Shown here piece by piece: positions 62,355-64,000 of a DNA stretch of 64,000 nucleotides. The translations under genes were made by a program, and so were the position numbers. Every line of letters starts with the position of its first letter. Position 1 is the first letter of the stretch. Location: positions 1,099,582 through 1,163,581 of the forward strand of contig OZ257145.1 in the NCBI GenBank assembly GCA_965279315.1. The letters run 5' to 3'. The notes under the pieces were generated by a model. The model did no database searches and was not told the origin of the DNA. It worked only from the letters and a program-made list of their open reading frames with translations. Source of the stretch: Alphaproteobacteria bacterium (GTDB lineage: Bacteria > Pseudomonadota > Alphaproteobacteria > Micavibrionales > UBA2020).

Positions 62355-63472
62355 GCGGAGTCGCGATTTACGCTTATCTCAACGAGATGATCCAGAAGCT
62401 GGCGACCGACCTTTACATCACGGTCGGTGTGCCGCCGACATTGCGCATCGACGGCGAACTGCACCCCCTAGGCGAACAGGTGCTGCAGGAAGACGACGTG
62501 CAGGCCATGCTGAACGAGGTGCTGACCTCGCGCCAGCGGCGTGAATTCGATTCGAACATGGAACTGAACCTTGCCTTCGACATGGGCAAGGAAGGGCGTT
62601 TCCGCGTGAACGTGCTGCGCCAGCGCCAGCACACTGCGATGGTCATCCGCCGCATCACCAGCAGCATCCCGTCTTTCGAGCAGCTGCGCCTGCCGAAAAT
62701 TCTCGAGATGCTCGCGATTGAAAAACGCGGCCTCATTATGGTGTCGGGCGTCACGGCGTCGGGTAAATCGACCTCGCTTGCATCGATGATCGATTTCCGC
62801 AACCGCACGCATGGCGGCCACATCGTGACCATCGAAGACCCGATCGAATATTATCACGAGCACAAAAAAGGCGTCGTGACGCAGCGCGAAATCGGCATCG
62901 ATACAAATTCGTACCAGATCGCGCTGAAAAACGCGTTGCGCCAGAAGCCCGACGTGATCCTGGTGGGCGAGGTGCGCGACCCCGAAGTCATGGAACAGAC
63001 GATCACCGCCGCCGAAACCGGCCACTTGTGCTTTGCGACGATCCATACGAACAACGCGTCCCAGGCGATCGAGCGCATGATCAACTTCTTCCCCGAAGAC
63101 CGCCAGCAGCAGATGCGCATCGCGCTGTCGCTGAACCTGCGCGCGATCATTGCGCAGCGCCTTGTGCGGTCGGTGAATGGCAGCATGGTCGTGGCGCTGG
63201 AAATCCTGTTGAACGAGGCGCTGATCAAGGAATTGATCCTCAAGGGCGATACCATGAAGATCAAGGAAGTTATGAGTAATAACAATACCGCCGGCATGAT
63301 CACCTTCGACCAGTCGATCTACAAGCTTTACACCGAAGGCCTGATTTCCGAGCTGACAGCCATCGCCGAAGCCGATATTCCGGCAGATATGAAAATTCGC
63401 GTGCAGAATGCGAAAATCGGCGGCAAGGGTTCGGGCATGTCGAACATTGACACCTCAAAACTCTCTCTGTAA
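62351..63472 (+). CDS. pilU: PilT-family ATPase, PilU-like
   Basis: TTG start overlapping the pilT stop (TTGA). TDLYITVGVPPTLRIDG and Walker A GVTASGKSTS. Lacks the AIRNLIRE motif (has LNEALIKELILKGD). Confidence 0.85.
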   Translation: MSGVAIYAYLNEMIQKLATDLYITVGVPPTLRIDGELHPLGEQVLQEDDVQAMLNEVLTSRQRREFDSNMELNLAFDMGKEGRFRVNVLRQRQHTAMVIRRITSSIPSFEQLRLPKILEMLAIEKRGLIMVSGVTASGKSTSLASMIDFRNRTHGGHIVTIEDPIEYYHEHKKGVVTQREIGIDTNSYQIALKNALRQKPDVILVGEVRDPEVMEQTITAAETGHLCFATIHTNNASQAIERMINFFPEDRQQQMRIALSLNLRAIIAQRLVRSVNGSMVVALEILLNEALIKELILKGDTMKIKEVMSNNNTAGMITFDQSIYKLYTEGLISELTAIAEADIPADMKIRVQNAKIGGKGSGMSNIDTSKLSL

Positions 63473-63544
63473 GAATGTTTGATATCAAAACCATAGACTG
63501 GTTTTGACGTTCAACATAATTATACAGAGTTAGGGCATCCTGGC

Positions 63545-64000
63545 ATGACTGGTCGTTTTTCTCGCCTCATCCGCGTTTCCATTATTGCGGTGGCGCTCAG
63601 CCTCTCCCTTGCCAGCTGCGAACTCTCCAAAAACCAGATGACGTATGACCGTACGGCAGAAGCAGATCGCCAGGCTTTCCGCGATGTAATGGCGCCGATC
63701 CCGTCGGTCGCGAACAGCGAAGTGCCGACCCCCGAATTCCAGTCGGTCGTGACCACGCCCGAAGAACTGAAACTGCCGTCGCCGCTCGTCACGGTTGCCG
63801 TGAACCAGACCGTTTCACTGCGCGACCTGATGTACCAGCTGGCGGAACAGGCGGATGTCGATCTTGAGCTCGATCCGCAAATCCACGGCTCGATCATCTT
63901 CACCGCGAAAGACCGCCCGTTTGACCAGGTCATCGACCGCATCTCGGAAATGGCGGGCCTGCGCTATGAATTCAAGAGCGGCGTACTGCGTGTTGAACTC
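63545..64000 (+). CDS. secretin (PilQ/GspD family) N-terminal part, lipoprotein-type leader; runs off the right edge
   Basis: Own translation reads MTGRFSRLIRVSIIAVALSLSLASC (lipobox), then VSLRDLMYQLAEQADVDLELDPQIHGSIIFTAKDRPFDQVIDRISEMAGLRYEFKSGVLRVE, typical of a secretin N0/STN domain. The frame is open to 64000, so it is absent from the ORF track. Confidence 0.7.
   Translation, partial: MTGRFSRLIRVSIIAVALSLSLASCELSKNQMTYDRTAEADRQAFRDVMAPIPSVANSEVPTPEFQSVVTTPEELKLPSPLVTVAVNQTVSLRDLMYQLAEQADVDLELDPQIHGSIIFTAKDRPFDQVIDRISEMAGLRYEFKSGVLRVEL

Overview
High-GC alphaproteobacterial chromosome segment. The assignment rests on a two-piece permuted tmRNA, ALA-synthase hemA, a Tim44-like gene beside secB, and the aroE-coaE-dnaQ / secB-fxsA-tim44-mltA and hflK-hflC-degP-miaA neighbourhoods. 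There are about 70 protein genes, mostly housekeeping: pheST, folA, thyA, ribF, lspA, miaA, rbsK, mrp, two acyl-CoA synthetases, ferredoxin plus FNR.

Unusual content:
1. An operon of three tandem serpin paralogues (5981-9909). They lack signal peptides, have diversified reactive-centre loops, and share nucleotide-identical tracts.
2. A ~1.46-kb AT-rich cassette (21116-22577) bounded by ~115-nt imperfect inverted repeats, inserted between dnaQ and secB. It carries a minimal SpoU/TrmH RNA methyltransferase and an unknown gene, with no transposase.
3. A ~12.5-kb type IV pilus-like cluster at the right end (51511-64000): pilB, pilC, three unrecognised envelope proteins, an embedded ABC ATPase, a bitopic TPR protein, pilD, pilT, pilU and a lipoprotein secretin. 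Many of these genes are translationally coupled. No pilin gene lies in the window.
4. Permuted ssrA directly followed by an SspB-type adaptor gene.
5. A ~145-nt multi-hairpin repeat family (two full copies and one fragment), plus a small GTCAYCCC...GGGAT hairpin (REP-like) family.
6. An orphan promoter/terminator pair suggesting an sRNA or attenuating leader.
7. Further AT-rich islets: a barstar-like gene, and a two-gene module coupled to an ABC-2 exporter.
8. Inhibitor-type or eukaryote-like proteins: the serpins, a possible TIMP/NTR-like secreted protein and an ankyrin-repeat protein.

I recognised no rRNA, tRNA, CRISPR array, transposase or integrase. All family calls are by-eye motif recognition. 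Coordinates of non-ORF features are hand-counted and may be off by a few nt.
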